A DNA stretch of 53,890 bases from a virus (lineage: Duplodnaviria > Caudoviricetes): positions 1 to 53,890 of the IMG/VR virus record IMGVR_UViG_3300047392_000215; one strand, written 5' to 3'. Shown here piece by piece: positions 1-10,800 of the stretch (position 1 is the stretch's first letter; the number at the start of each line of letters is the position of its first letter). The position numbers and the translations under genes are program-made. Under the pieces are notes generated by a model. It saw only the letters and a program-made list of their open reading frames with translations. It made no database searches and was not told the DNA's origin.

Positions 1-262
1 GTCTATTTAACGCAATATCATAAATGAAATATAAATCATTTTCTAATTCGTCATATGAATCTAATTTTTCAGATATTAATTGAATGTCTAAATCCCATGT
101 GTTATTAATGTCGTACATAATTCCACCATAAAGAACAATTTTATATTTCTTATAGATTTTAGTTTTTCTTAATTCAATTAAGAATCTTCTAATTTTTATC
201 CAAGATGGTCGACTCCAAATTGTTTCAGTTGAAAACTCTCCTATTTGATAATAAAAATCCAT
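1..262 (-). CDS. Partial ORF (runs off the window edge, absent from the ORF track): putative Pol-beta-superfamily/minimal nucleotidyltransferase
   Basis: Manual translation from the ATG at 262, which overlaps the upstream TAA (TAATG): MDFYYQIGEFSTETIWSRPSWIKIRRFLIELRKTKIYKKYKIVLYGGIMYDINNTWDLDIQLISEKLDSYDELENDLYFIYDIALNR, open to the edge. LYGG-x9-DLDI fits hG[GS]x9-13Dh[DE]h. Confidence 0.65.
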   Translation of the reverse strand, partial: MDFYYQIGEFSTETIWSRPSWIKIRRFLIELRKTKIYKKYKIVLYGGIMYDINNTWDLDIQLISEKLDSYDELENDLYFIYDIALNR

Positions 263-2994
263 TATTCAATTGCTTGAGGTTTATTATGTGTTAATATTCC
301 ATTTGCAAAAAACATGTCATTTTCTTCAACATCAACTTTGTAAACAATATAGTGTCCTTTGGTTTCTACAATACTATTAACTTCTAATTCTACTCCATTT
401 TCTGTAAGTAACATATCTCCAGCTTTAACATCTATTGCATATCCTATTCTCCATAAACCATTAGATTTATAAAGATGCAAGTGGTCTTTTGTTGTAAATA
501 ATTTGCCATCGTTAAATGAAAGAACCACATTTACATTAAATGTTTGAATTCCTACAACTGTAACGTCTTCATCATAAATATCTAATTTATCAGATTTCCA
601 ATCAAATAGATCCTTTGTATTTTCCAACATTGGTAATCCAACAATTGTTTTACTATATAAAGCATCTCCAACTGAGACATCCTGAACATTTTTAAATGTT
701 CCATCATTCATCGATATTTTAGTTCCAAAAAGAACACAACCACCTCCTCCAGATCCTGGAGACGACGTGAAGCACGAAACTGCAGAATTTAATGCTCCAG
801 TAGAACTATTGTTACATTTTCTAGAAATTGATCCATCACTGAAATAATATGCTGAATTTGCATAGTTAATCTCTCCTGATCCAGCACTAGAACCGCCAAC
901 AAACAGATTTGCAATTGATGAAAAAGACTGTGATGTTGCAATAGAACTTTGATAATATCCATAAATGTTATAAGTACCATTACATGCTCCTACTGCGGTT
1001 GTTGCATATCCTAGTGGAGAATATGCATCTATGATATTAACGTAGTCTAACGTAAATATTGCTCCTAAAAAATCATTTCCATCCCAATATCTTCTAGATC
1101 CAGAATCTCTATACCAACCTGCAGAAGCATATGATGTTCCGCTGGAGTTATTTGAGATAAATGTAGAATTTGATAATGAAGATCCATCAATATAATAAGT
1201 TGATTTTGATAATCCACTGAATGCTCCATTTATTCCAGCATTAATTGCTGCAGAATTATAAACTAATTGAGTACTTAAATATGTTACACATGCTACTCTA
1301 CTTGTAAATTTAGCAGTCGCATTATCCCAATATCTTGCTACTCCTCCAGATGCATACCATCCAGAAGAAGCATATGCAGAACTCCCAGAGACATATAATT
1401 TATTATCATTAGTCGTCCATGTACTAGATTCAGTCCATGTTCCAGTTGCAAAATTACAACCAAATCCAATTGATGATGTAACACATGCATATCCAGATGA
1501 AGTTCCACCAAAAGCTAAACTAATTGTATTAATAGTAATAGGAGACCCAGCAGAACTCCATGTAAATCCATCTTCTCCTAAGAAACATAAATAAAATAAT
1601 CCATCTCCTTTACCAGTTGACGTTTCAAGTTGATTTGATGTTGTAGATCCAGTGTATATTAAAGTATCTGGTTCGCCATTATCAATATATGAAGATCTAA
1701 CTGCATCTTGACCTGATGTTCCATTAGAATAAGAATAGTATCCAGCTGCTGCAGGCTGCCAAGCTTTAAATGAAACCTGTGCAGATCCTAAAACTTCTCT
1801 ATTTGTTGTTGTTATGTTAATATTACCAACTCCTACAGGTGGCGGGGTAAGAAGAGAATCAGCATACACAGGATAATCAACATTTAAGTCAAATCCACAT
1901 AAATTTGGTAAAGTATAAGATACTGCTCCTTTTTGCCATGTTTTACCATTACAAAGATACCATCCTTTAAATTTGCCATTTGATAAACCAGCACCAAATG
2001 TAAATTGAATTACTGGAACCGTACTTGCGTATCCTGCAACTGCAGCTAAATCAAGCAGAATTCCTGTTTTATTTAAACTAAAATAAGTATCTGTAAATTC
2101 TTTATCAACTGCAATAATTGAACCGATTGGAAAAGTTGGTAGAACAACATTAATGTCCTTCCACATTACAACTCCAAGAGTACCACTCATATCATAATCG
2201 GTTGCTGCAATTTTATCAACGCCTGCTGTTCCGTAATAATTTGATTTAATTTGAACAGTGTTATTAAATGTTCCACCCGCATTAAAATTACTAACGCTTG
2301 ATTTTGGTTCAAATTTAAGCGGTGAAAGTTCTAACATTTCAGTTGAACTACTTTTAGCTGTTAAGAAAGAAAACTTTCTACCAGTTCCTGGTGAAAGTCT
2401 AAATTTCCAAATCGAATGAATTTCATTTTGAAATCCAGAATCTAAAACAGTGTTTATTATATTTCCATTATTGTCATTACCTGTGTGTAAATTGAAGAAA
2501 ACAGCCTTTCTTGTAGGAAGATTATTATTTCCTGGATCAATGTTTGACGTAACAAACATTAAATTATTTTGTAAAGGATCTTTAGTGTTATATCTTTTAA
2601 CAGTAGTTCCACTAGTGTCGTCTAAAACGTATTCAGTATCGGTATTTGCATATCCAATTCTAGTATTAGAAGGATCGGTCTTAGTTTCAATATATTTTAT
2701 TGTGATATTGTTTTGACCTGCTTTAGTGTTAGCTGCCCAATCTCCATAACCTTTAGGTCCAAATACACCTTGCACTCCTTGAAATCCTCTAAAACCAAAA
2801 TTACCTTGAGGTCCAGTAATTCCTTCAAATCCTAATTTACCTTCAAATCCTTGAGGTCCATAAGGCCCACCATTCGACAATTTAATTTGATCGAAATTCC
2901 AATTAAGTTTTTCAACTTTTTTGCTTGACCACCATAGAGATGGAGATGCTGGATCTAGATCGGATTTGTAAAGTTCTTTAATATCGATAGACAT
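262..2994 (-). CDS. Tail fibre-like protein: collagen-like stalk, tail-collar domain, repeated Cys/aromatic modules and C-terminal Hint domain
   Basis: 14 Gly-X-Y triplets (aa 43-84). Collar-type motifs FPIGSIIA...GWYLCNG...LPNL. Repeats YAS(S/A)GWY...RYWD. C-terminal CVLFGTKI...TKDH...FANGILTHN. Confidence 0.8.
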   Translation of the reverse strand: MSIDIKELYKSDLDPASPSLWWSSKKVEKLNWNFDQIKLSNGGPYGPQGFEGKLGFEGITGPQGNFGFRGFQGVQGVFGPKGYGDWAANTKAGQNNITIKYIETKTDPSNTRIGYANTDTEYVLDDTSGTTVKRYNTKDPLQNNLMFVTSNIDPGNNNLPTRKAVFFNLHTGNDNNGNIINTVLDSGFQNEIHSIWKFRLSPGTGRKFSFLTAKSSSTEMLELSPLKFEPKSSVSNFNAGGTFNNTVQIKSNYYGTAGVDKIAATDYDMSGTLGVVMWKDINVVLPTFPIGSIIAVDKEFTDTYFSLNKTGILLDLAAVAGYASTVPVIQFTFGAGLSNGKFKGWYLCNGKTWQKGAVSYTLPNLCGFDLNVDYPVYADSLLTPPPVGVGNINITTTNREVLGSAQVSFKAWQPAAAGYYSYSNGTSGQDAVRSSYIDNGEPDTLIYTGSTTSNQLETSTGKGDGLFYLCFLGEDGFTWSSAGSPITINTISLAFGGTSSGYACVTSSIGFGCNFATGTWTESSTWTTNDNKLYVSGSSAYASSGWYASGGVARYWDNATAKFTSRVACVTYLSTQLVYNSAAINAGINGAFSGLSKSTYYIDGSSLSNSTFISNNSSGTSYASAGWYRDSGSRRYWDGNDFLGAIFTLDYVNIIDAYSPLGYATTAVGACNGTYNIYGYYQSSIATSQSFSSIANLFVGGSSAGSGEINYANSAYYFSDGSISRKCNNSSTGALNSAVSCFTSSPGSGGGGCVLFGTKISMNDGTFKNVQDVSVGDALYSKTIVGLPMLENTKDLFDWKSDKLDIYDEDVTVVGIQTFNVNVVLSFNDGKLFTTKDHLHLYKSNGLWRIGYAIDVKAGDMLLTENGVELEVNSIVETKGHYIVYKVDVEENDMFFANGILTHNKPQAIE
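283..738 (-). other. Hint (intein-like/BIL-type) autoprocessing domain within the 910-aa protein
   Basis: Block A CVLFGTKISMNDG after a GGGG linker, block B TKDH, terminal VYKVDVE..FFANGILTHN. The +1 residue is Lys and there is no homing endonuclease. Confidence 0.9.
2743..2868 (-). repeat. Collagen-like (Gly-X-Y)14 repeat
   Basis: GPY GPQ GFE GKL GFE GIT GPQ GNF GFR GFQ GVQ GVF GPK GYG. Confidence 0.85.
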
Positions 2995-2997
2995 TCC

Positions 2998-5900
2998 TTA
3001 TGCGATTATTTTAATGGCAGGAATAAATTCGTATTTATAACCAGGCCTTTTGTTATATATTAGCCTGAATCCTAATCGATCTTCGGCAAAAGTTGAATAT
3101 GTGAAATTAGACTGCTTCATGAAAACTGTCTGGTCAATATCTGTGACATCTACGACTGATGAAAAATTAGTTGATATATCTTTACTCTCTTTAGCATATA
3201 GTTCAACTGTGTCAATTATAAACCTAGGAACAATATTAGAATCTACGTATTTAACTAAATCGTCTTCAATAGTAGTTATATCGCCAAATGATTTAGACGG
3301 TGTAATATATTTATTGAATTTATCATTTATGCCTTTTTCAATTAACTCATCAAGTAACGCAAATCTTAAGTATACATCAATGAATATTTTAGAATCATTT
3401 TCATACCAGAAAATTGAATTACTTCTAGATGCTTTAATTTTAGCATTGGTTAATTCTTGTTCTGAACCAACTTGAGTTGCATTAAATCTAGAAAGAGTGT
3501 ACATATCATCTACTTTCATAACGGTCGAAGCCATAAAAGAATTATTTTCTACAGGATTAACTGTTCCGTAAGCTGTTTCAGTTTTATCATTCAACAAACA
3601 CTTAACATAGTAATCATCTTCATATTTAGATTTAAGAATATTAAAATCTTTTTTACCAATTGCAATCTCTCCAATTTTTGGATATAATGGCAATTTATCA
3701 GATGATGTTGATAGTTTTAATACAGCGTCAGCTGATTCTGGATTAACTTTATGGAAGTAGTAATTTTTTAAATATCCATAATGTTCTTCTCCTGTTTGAG
3801 CATACATCGATCCAAAAACAACTCCCATATTGTTATACTTATTGTATAATATAGTTTGCTTATTTTTAATTGGAGCTCCTGCATTATCTAAAGTATAGTA
3901 TATGTTTGATGGATATAATTCATCAAAGAATAGTACATCTTTAAATTTAGGTAAATATTCGCCATTCATTCTTTTTAGAATTGTGAAATACTCATCATCT
4001 CTTTTTTTAATAGTTTTACCAATTTCTTCAGCAGTTACTTTATATGATTTTGGTTTCTCATTATCAACTTCAGTAATTAAACTAGATAATTTTATAATTT
4101 GAGTACCATCTTCTATATTTAAAATAAATTGATTATTTAAGATTGTTCCGTCCTCTTTTACTGTGATGTATTCAATTTCAGAAGGATTATTATTAAATGT
4201 ATCGGATATTCTTTTTGCGTTTAATGATTCCATTGTTTCAATAAATGCTCCTTTACCACCTTTATAATAAGTGTAAACGAATGATTCTTGAACTGCAGTC
4301 GGAACAGATCCAACAGTAGTCCATTCTGCACCAGTTTCAAACGTTGAAGGTGTTGCAATAGAACCCGTTCTAGGCCATCCTTTTACAACAATTGCTTCAT
4401 CACCAATAACTTGATGTACTTTTAATGCTCTTGTAATACCAGAAACGGTAAATAATAAGTATGTAAATTGCCCATCAACTAGGTTAATTTGGCTTTTAAA
4501 TTTAGTGCCAATACCTTTAACAAGAGTATATCCAGACCCATTTGATTCAAAATTATTCCAACTAGCAGTATTTAGACTTAGAGTCCCCGTAATATTTGTG
4601 TTTACCGGATCTCCATTAATATCTAACGCGTTTTCTAATTCATAGAATATTTTTCTAGGAAGAGATTTAACTAAGTTGTTTTGCAGAGTTAAATTAACGT
4701 AAATACAAACATTTTTAAATTTATCGTTTTTAACAACACTTATTGTTTTTGTCGTTGATGTTACATTATCAGTTGAGACTGTATAATTAACAACAAATCC
4801 AAATTTATAACCATTTACTTCTGGAGAAGCAATAAATTCTTTAGGAAGAGATAATGTACTTTCCTTTCTATTCTTTAAAGTATATCTTAATCCTCTAAAT
4901 ATTGTAGAAGGATATTGATTAACTGAATTTCCATTAGAAAACTTAGAATACTTCTTTTGTCTTTTATTTTTAACAAAAGTACCAGTTGGATCACTGTTAG
5001 TATCTATGTTTCTATATACAACATCTCCTATTTTAAATGCATTAACATCAGATCCGCCTGTAGGTCCACCAAGAGTTACCATTTTGTTACTTCCAGCCGC
5101 AATTGTAATATTTGCATTGTAATTTGCTGGATTGGCTCCAATTCTAGTTATACTTGTTCCTGTTGTATATGTTTTTGCGGCAATTGATAGAGGTCCACTA
5201 AATACAAATGTAGTTTGAAAATTACCAGGAGAATATTCATACGTTGAAATTTCTTGTAAAACAACAACCTCACTATAAACTCCATTCCATGTAAAATACT
5301 TATCAAAATAATTATATGACGTCGATTTTAAATCACCAACACTTAATATTCTACCTAATCCAAAATCTAAATAGCTTGAATTTTTGTAAATATTTGTAGT
5401 GTCGGCTATCATAAATGCCGGTGTTTTATTAATATGGAAATGTTCCATGTTAAGAAGTTCAGGACTTCTGGCGTCACCATCAAGACTAGGCGATAGATTA
5501 TTAACACCAAATGATTCATTCACAGATAGGTGATAGGGCTTCATTCTCGCATTAAATCCGTCTTTAAGTACAAACTTATTAATTTTAGGGACTATTCTAC
5601 TTAAAGTAGCAGTTTCCTTGATTTCATTTTCATTAAGTCTATTATATTCTGAAGTAACATTATCAACAAACGATGTTATTTCTCCAGATTCAGATAATAG
5701 TGTGCTTTTTGATCTTCTATCAACTATGTCTTCTTTACTAACTGGTAGTAAATTGGCATAGTAATTTTCCTGAGATATTGAAATATCAGGGTTTGAAGAT
5801 TGACTATACGTTTGATATTGTCTAGATGTTAAGATATATGCTTCAGTAGTTAATTCACCTAGATCTGAATTTGATGTGTCATAAAAATCAAAATCAAAAT

Positions 5901-7785
5901 CTTTAATATCAAATATCTGAAATCTTCCAAATGATGTCTGATATTTTTGGTAAATATTAATAGTCTTAGATTTAGGTAGAGCTATTTCTTTTTCAAATAT
6001 GATTCTCCATAAATCAGAACTTGGATCCTTAACAATTTGATTTATTTTAGTGTAAGAATCTAGTGTCGCAGATTTTACTAAATCTCCGATAGAAACAACC
6101 CCTTTATTTTCAGTTTTTACAAGAACTGCTTTATTTTCAATTGCTCCGCCATGCGGATAGTAAATATCCCAGTTTGTTACAATTGTTGGTGTTGTATTTG
6201 TAGGCACTTCTAATAAACCATCAGAAACTGTTAAGAAATCAGAAACATTTGCTTTTCTAATTCCTAGCATTGTTGATTTTCTTGTAGAACCAACAGCATA
6301 GTCTTCTAATATTATTTTAGTACCATTATATTTTATTTTAAATCCATATTCAGATTGAGATAAACATCCAGCAAGAGCTCTTGTAACATCCGTAAGGCTA
6401 CCATTTATTGAGAACTTATTTTCAGTAAACGTACCTGCTGCTAAAGAATTTTCTGCGGCAATTGTAAATTCATTTGCAACAAAATTAGCAGCTTTTAATT
6501 CAGTATAAGGCACTAAGAAAATCTTATCACCATTTAATGGAGCTTGAACAACTTCCAATACAAAAAAGTCTCGAAGATTTACTGAAAAATCTTCAATTTG
6601 TAGGTTGTTTATTTGAGTAACTCCTTTAAATTCAGAATCTAAAGATTTATTTAAAGAAACTGGTAAAAAATCAGCTTCAGTAAATAACTCAGAATTTCTA
6701 GTATGGAAGTATTCGCCATCTCTGGATTTAACCCAGTTTAAAGATGGCATTTGTAATTCAGAATATTTTGGTAACATATCAACATTTGTTAATGTTGTAC
6801 CAGTTCTATCTAATAAACTAACAACCGAAGTAGCATCAACAAAGATACCTTCTCTTGCATCAGTGTTTACTACTCGATCAACATCAAAATATCCTTCTTT
6901 ATGAGGTGTTACGTAAACTCCAAAATATCTGTAAATATCATAGTTGTCTGCTTTAAAATCATCAAATAAGAATTCTAAATTAATTAGATTTGCAACAGCA
7001 ACTCCATTTCTTTCAAATCCACCTGAGAATATTTCATTACTAAATATTTCTAAATTGTCATGTTGCGCAAAATCAGTGTAAACATTTTCCTTTTTTTCAA
7101 CAAATCCACCTTTAACAGTATCAATTCCTCTAAAAATAGAGTATTGGTCTTTTTCAAAGTTTTGAGAAAGAGGAGAACTTGGAAACTTTTCATTGTTTAA
7201 ATGATTTCTTAAATATCTACCAATTGAAGAATTTTCGGTTAAATCATAAGATTTAATTAGAGTTGCATTCTTAAGAAGTTCTAAAATTCTAGCATTTTGT
7301 CCACCGATAGTTTCAGAATATGCTTGAGAATACGTAGTTCCTTTAACTCTGTAGATAACAAAGTTACTTGGCATGGTTTTATCTAACCAGATTGGAGCAA
7401 AGAATTTATACTGCTCTTTATAGATTTTAGAATTGTTAAAAGAAGCACCATAACTGTATTGCGTTTCATATTGATATGCATAGTCAGTATACACATTAAA
7501 ATCTGATGAAACTCTACCGGCCTTATACTTAATATTGTTTGCTAAGTTTCCAAAGAAATTAGCAACATCTGCTGAGTAGTTTCCAGTATCTGGATTGATA
7601 GGATTCTTTCTATACCCTGTTTTTACAAGTTCACTGTCTGCTAGAAAAGCATCCATGAAAATATACCCGTCACTATCAACAACTAACTTCGCGTTAGTTG
7701 AAAGAGCAGGATTTGTTCTTAATAGACCGAATGATAAATCGTCTATATTGTTGTTCGTTGTATCGAGATTAATTTGAATAGCCAT
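2998..7785 (-). CDS. Large virion structural protein (probable baseplate/tail component)
   Basis: 1595-aa ORF in the baseplate cluster with a putative late-promoter motif upstream; no enzyme motif recognised. Confidence 0.55.
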   Translation of the reverse strand: MAIQINLDTTNNNIDDLSFGLLRTNPALSTNAKLVVDSDGYIFMDAFLADSELVKTGYRKNPINPDTGNYSADVANFFGNLANNIKYKAGRVSSDFNVYTDYAYQYETQYSYGASFNNSKIYKEQYKFFAPIWLDKTMPSNFVIYRVKGTTYSQAYSETIGGQNARILELLKNATLIKSYDLTENSSIGRYLRNHLNNEKFPSSPLSQNFEKDQYSIFRGIDTVKGGFVEKKENVYTDFAQHDNLEIFSNEIFSGGFERNGVAVANLINLEFLFDDFKADNYDIYRYFGVYVTPHKEGYFDVDRVVNTDAREGIFVDATSVVSLLDRTGTTLTNVDMLPKYSELQMPSLNWVKSRDGEYFHTRNSELFTEADFLPVSLNKSLDSEFKGVTQINNLQIEDFSVNLRDFFVLEVVQAPLNGDKIFLVPYTELKAANFVANEFTIAAENSLAAGTFTENKFSINGSLTDVTRALAGCLSQSEYGFKIKYNGTKIILEDYAVGSTRKSTMLGIRKANVSDFLTVSDGLLEVPTNTTPTIVTNWDIYYPHGGAIENKAVLVKTENKGVVSIGDLVKSATLDSYTKINQIVKDPSSDLWRIIFEKEIALPKSKTINIYQKYQTSFGRFQIFDIKDFDFDFYDTSNSDLGELTTEAYILTSRQYQTYSQSSNPDISISQENYYANLLPVSKEDIVDRRSKSTLLSESGEITSFVDNVTSEYNRLNENEIKETATLSRIVPKINKFVLKDGFNARMKPYHLSVNESFGVNNLSPSLDGDARSPELLNMEHFHINKTPAFMIADTTNIYKNSSYLDFGLGRILSVGDLKSTSYNYFDKYFTWNGVYSEVVVLQEISTYEYSPGNFQTTFVFSGPLSIAAKTYTTGTSITRIGANPANYNANITIAAGSNKMVTLGGPTGGSDVNAFKIGDVVYRNIDTNSDPTGTFVKNKRQKKYSKFSNGNSVNQYPSTIFRGLRYTLKNRKESTLSLPKEFIASPEVNGYKFGFVVNYTVSTDNVTSTTKTISVVKNDKFKNVCIYVNLTLQNNLVKSLPRKIFYELENALDINGDPVNTNITGTLSLNTASWNNFESNGSGYTLVKGIGTKFKSQINLVDGQFTYLLFTVSGITRALKVHQVIGDEAIVVKGWPRTGSIATPSTFETGAEWTTVGSVPTAVQESFVYTYYKGGKGAFIETMESLNAKRISDTFNNNPSEIEYITVKEDGTILNNQFILNIEDGTQIIKLSSLITEVDNEKPKSYKVTAEEIGKTIKKRDDEYFTILKRMNGEYLPKFKDVLFFDELYPSNIYYTLDNAGAPIKNKQTILYNKYNNMGVVFGSMYAQTGEEHYGYLKNYYFHKVNPESADAVLKLSTSSDKLPLYPKIGEIAIGKKDFNILKSKYEDDYYVKCLLNDKTETAYGTVNPVENNSFMASTVMKVDDMYTLSRFNATQVGSEQELTNAKIKASRSNSIFWYENDSKIFIDVYLRFALLDELIEKGINDKFNKYITPSKSFGDITTIEDDLVKYVDSNIVPRFIIDTVELYAKESKDISTNFSSVVDVTDIDQTVFMKQSNFTYSTFAEDRLGFRLIYNKRPGYKYEFIPAIKIIA

Positions 7786-7787
7786 TC

Positions 7788-7851
7788 ATTAAGCCTTCTT
7801 TTTGTTCTAATTCTAATAATGTATATATTCGAATCAAAAAGAAGGCTTAAT
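7788..7851 (-). promoter_or_regulatory. 17-bp perfect inverted repeat enclosing a putative late promoter (GAATATATAC) and covering the initiation region of the 1595-aa gene
   Basis: attaagccttctttttg (7788-7804) pairs with caaaaagaaggcttaat (7835-7851). Motif at 7821-7830 lies in the loop; the ATG is at 7785. Confidence 0.7.
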
Positions 7852-7859
7852 TTAAACTA

Positions 7860-10800
7860 TTATTGTATGTAGTTCGTGTAGAACGTAAATTCAGAAGGCT
7901 GAGATAAATTATCTCTTTCTAACCATTTATGATAGAATCCTCCACCTCCACCACCAGCGTTAAAGTTTGTTAACATTGATTTGGTAATGTTTGTTACTGA
8001 AGATCCTTCAGTTTTGTATTTTGCATAAACTTCAACATCAAATTGAAATTCATTCTTGTTTGCGTCTAGAATATCAATACCTATTTTCTTACTATAAGTT
8101 ATATTAGAAAGAGAGGTTGTAACAATTCCACCTACTCGTCCAGTACTATTAGCATCTCCATAATAATCAGTCATTCTATATTGGAATATAAGATCGATTG
8201 AAAGTGCTTTAGAAGCTCCTGAATCAACTCTTGCTACTCCAAATTTATTTTTAGAATCAACTAATAAAGATTTTTGTTCTAATGGAGCAACAAATAAGAA
8301 AGATCCACATGAACGACCACCTAATAAGTATACATCATTTGTATCAAAAGACATTTTAATTGGTCTACTAACGCTAACTCCACCATAATTTTTCCAAGAT
8401 GCTGTTCTATATGGAGTCTGTTTTAAACCACTATCCATGTTAACTCTTCTAGTTGCAGTTTTTGGAATTCCAATAACTCCAGAAGATTGTAGCTCAGGAA
8501 TATCAAATGTTGATGATGCGTTTGCCGTAATAGGATTTAATAATGGATGACTTTTGTGTAAAAATAATCCATTATCATATTGAGTTGATGTTGGCATGCC
8601 AGATCCATCTAATGCAGTTGTTAAAGGTAAATAAGATGGGTTATAACCGCCTGACCAAATAAAATCATTTGAACCTGTTGTTGTAGTGTAAGGAATACCA
8701 GTTGCTCCTGTATACCATCTATCAACATTAACAGCAGGATTGTGTCCCGTTGCATATGTCATGTTATATGATAAACCATATTCATAGTCATCAATACCAG
8801 TTGTATCAAAATTTGTACCAGCATCAATTGGTGATGTTACATATAAAGAGTCGTCATTTGCAATATTTTTAAATCTAGAGTAAACATATTGTCCCTTCAT
8901 TTGAGAAGATTGGAATGGAATTTGACCAAACCATGGAGTTGATGCGTTTATACTTGGAGTATTTTGATATTGAATAGGAACTAAGTCATAACGACCTTCA
9001 TTTGTATAATAAGTATCTGATGCTATTGCTGTATCTATTGTTCCAGTTCCTCTACCAAACTCAGTAAGAGTTGTTGATACATGTGCTGGAGAATCATAAT
9101 CTCCAACTAGTCTAGAAATTAATTCTAATTGAGATGCTTTAGAGTTTGCAAGTTTTAATTTAAATACTTTAGTAATAATAGCACCTTTCTTAGTACCTGC
9201 TAGAGAGTTAACCTCATCAACATAATATCCAGCAAATAATTTTGCAGTACTATTATTAGATACTGTTGTTATATTACCATTTTCATCTTCAATATAAACT
9301 TGAAGTTCACCAAGAGTACCCGCTAATTTAGCAGTTAATCTTTCGATCTCTTGTTGCATTTCAACTAACTTGTCATAAACCGTAACTGGATTTTGCTCTG
9401 CGGTTAAGAATCCAGAAGAAATGCTTTGAGCTGTATGTGCAAAATATTTGTCATTAATATTAAATGAATCTGCAACGTGAGAATAAACTCCAACTGCAGT
9501 TAAATCATTATTAATTTTAACTCTAATAGTTTCCAAACTGTTTTCTTTAACAATGTCTGTTAAATTCTCAACTGGAATTTCTCCGTCTGGGAATGGAATA
9601 CTAATAATTGAAGACCAATCTGATTCTACTGGAGTTGAAGGGAAACCAGCTTCAGAAACTGATTTAATCATAATTTCAACAACTTCTCCAGGTTGAATAG
9701 AAATATCTAATGAATTGAAGTTAATTTCTTGAGAATCTTCTTCATTCTCAACTTTCCAATAATATTTACCGGTTGATGGATCTAAAAGTCTTTTTCTAAT
9801 TGGACCAGGAACTTCAACCCAATTTGAAAACGCTGCGGTTTTTGCAGTGGTTCCATCTTGAAATTTAATTTGGTCAACTTGACTTGTAGAACCGTTAGCT
9901 GATTGGTATCTATATCTAATTTTAAATTGTACAACTTCTTGAGGTGCAGAATCATTAAGAATCTTTGCATCTGGAAGAGACCAAAATCCTCTTACTCTAT
10001 ATTTAGGACTAACGTTAGCTAAATTATTAGAAGTTGCAAGAGTTGCAATTTCTGTTACAACAGAAGAATATGCATCGGCCTCAGCTTTTCTAGAAGAGAG
10101 TAAAGTATTTAATTGAGATTTGTCTTTATCTGCTTCAACTTTAGAAGCATATTTCTTTGTGTTAACTAGAGATCTGGTAGCTCCTAATGAACTATCAATT
10201 TTCTTGATATTTTGTTCAATTGTTGCTTTTTCAGATTTAAGTTTAACAATTTTATTTGTAGCATCATTATCAGTTAAGTGCTTATTGATTTGCACAACTT
10301 TAAAGTTTGCTGTATCTAGAACAGGTTGGTTAGGCACAATACCAACTGAAGCAGGTGGAATTGAATCAACTTTAAGACTCTTAATAAATTGTCCAAAGTC
10401 AGCAACCTCTTTTTTGTAATATTCAGCAAGAGTCATTGTTTCTCCTGATGTTAATAGGATTTGTAATTCATTTGAATAGAATCCAGCACCTGGAGAGAAT
10501 AACTCAGATTGAACCTTTGAATCAGGATCAACTGCTTTAGCAAAGATGATTTGTCTTTCATCAAAAGATACATTAATTTCTAATGCAACTTCTGTGTCAA
10601 CATCTTTGTATATTGAAAGACCATTAACACCAACTTTAATAGCTTCAAAACCTTCAATTAATGAAAGTTCAACTTGAAGAGTATCAGTATTAATAGCATC
10701 TATTTTATATCTTGTTGAGAATTTACCGGTGTTTACAACAAAAGAATCTCCAACCTTGATTGTTTCTGTTTCCTTCAGGGCTTTACTAGAATCTGTGTAT

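Noticed and set aside
283-738. Interpreting the Hint domains as selfish, canonically splicing inteins
   Set aside because: No homing endonuclease, +1 residue is Lys/Arg rather than Cys/Ser/Thr, C-exteins are only 5-6 aa, and the host proteins are not conserved enzymes.
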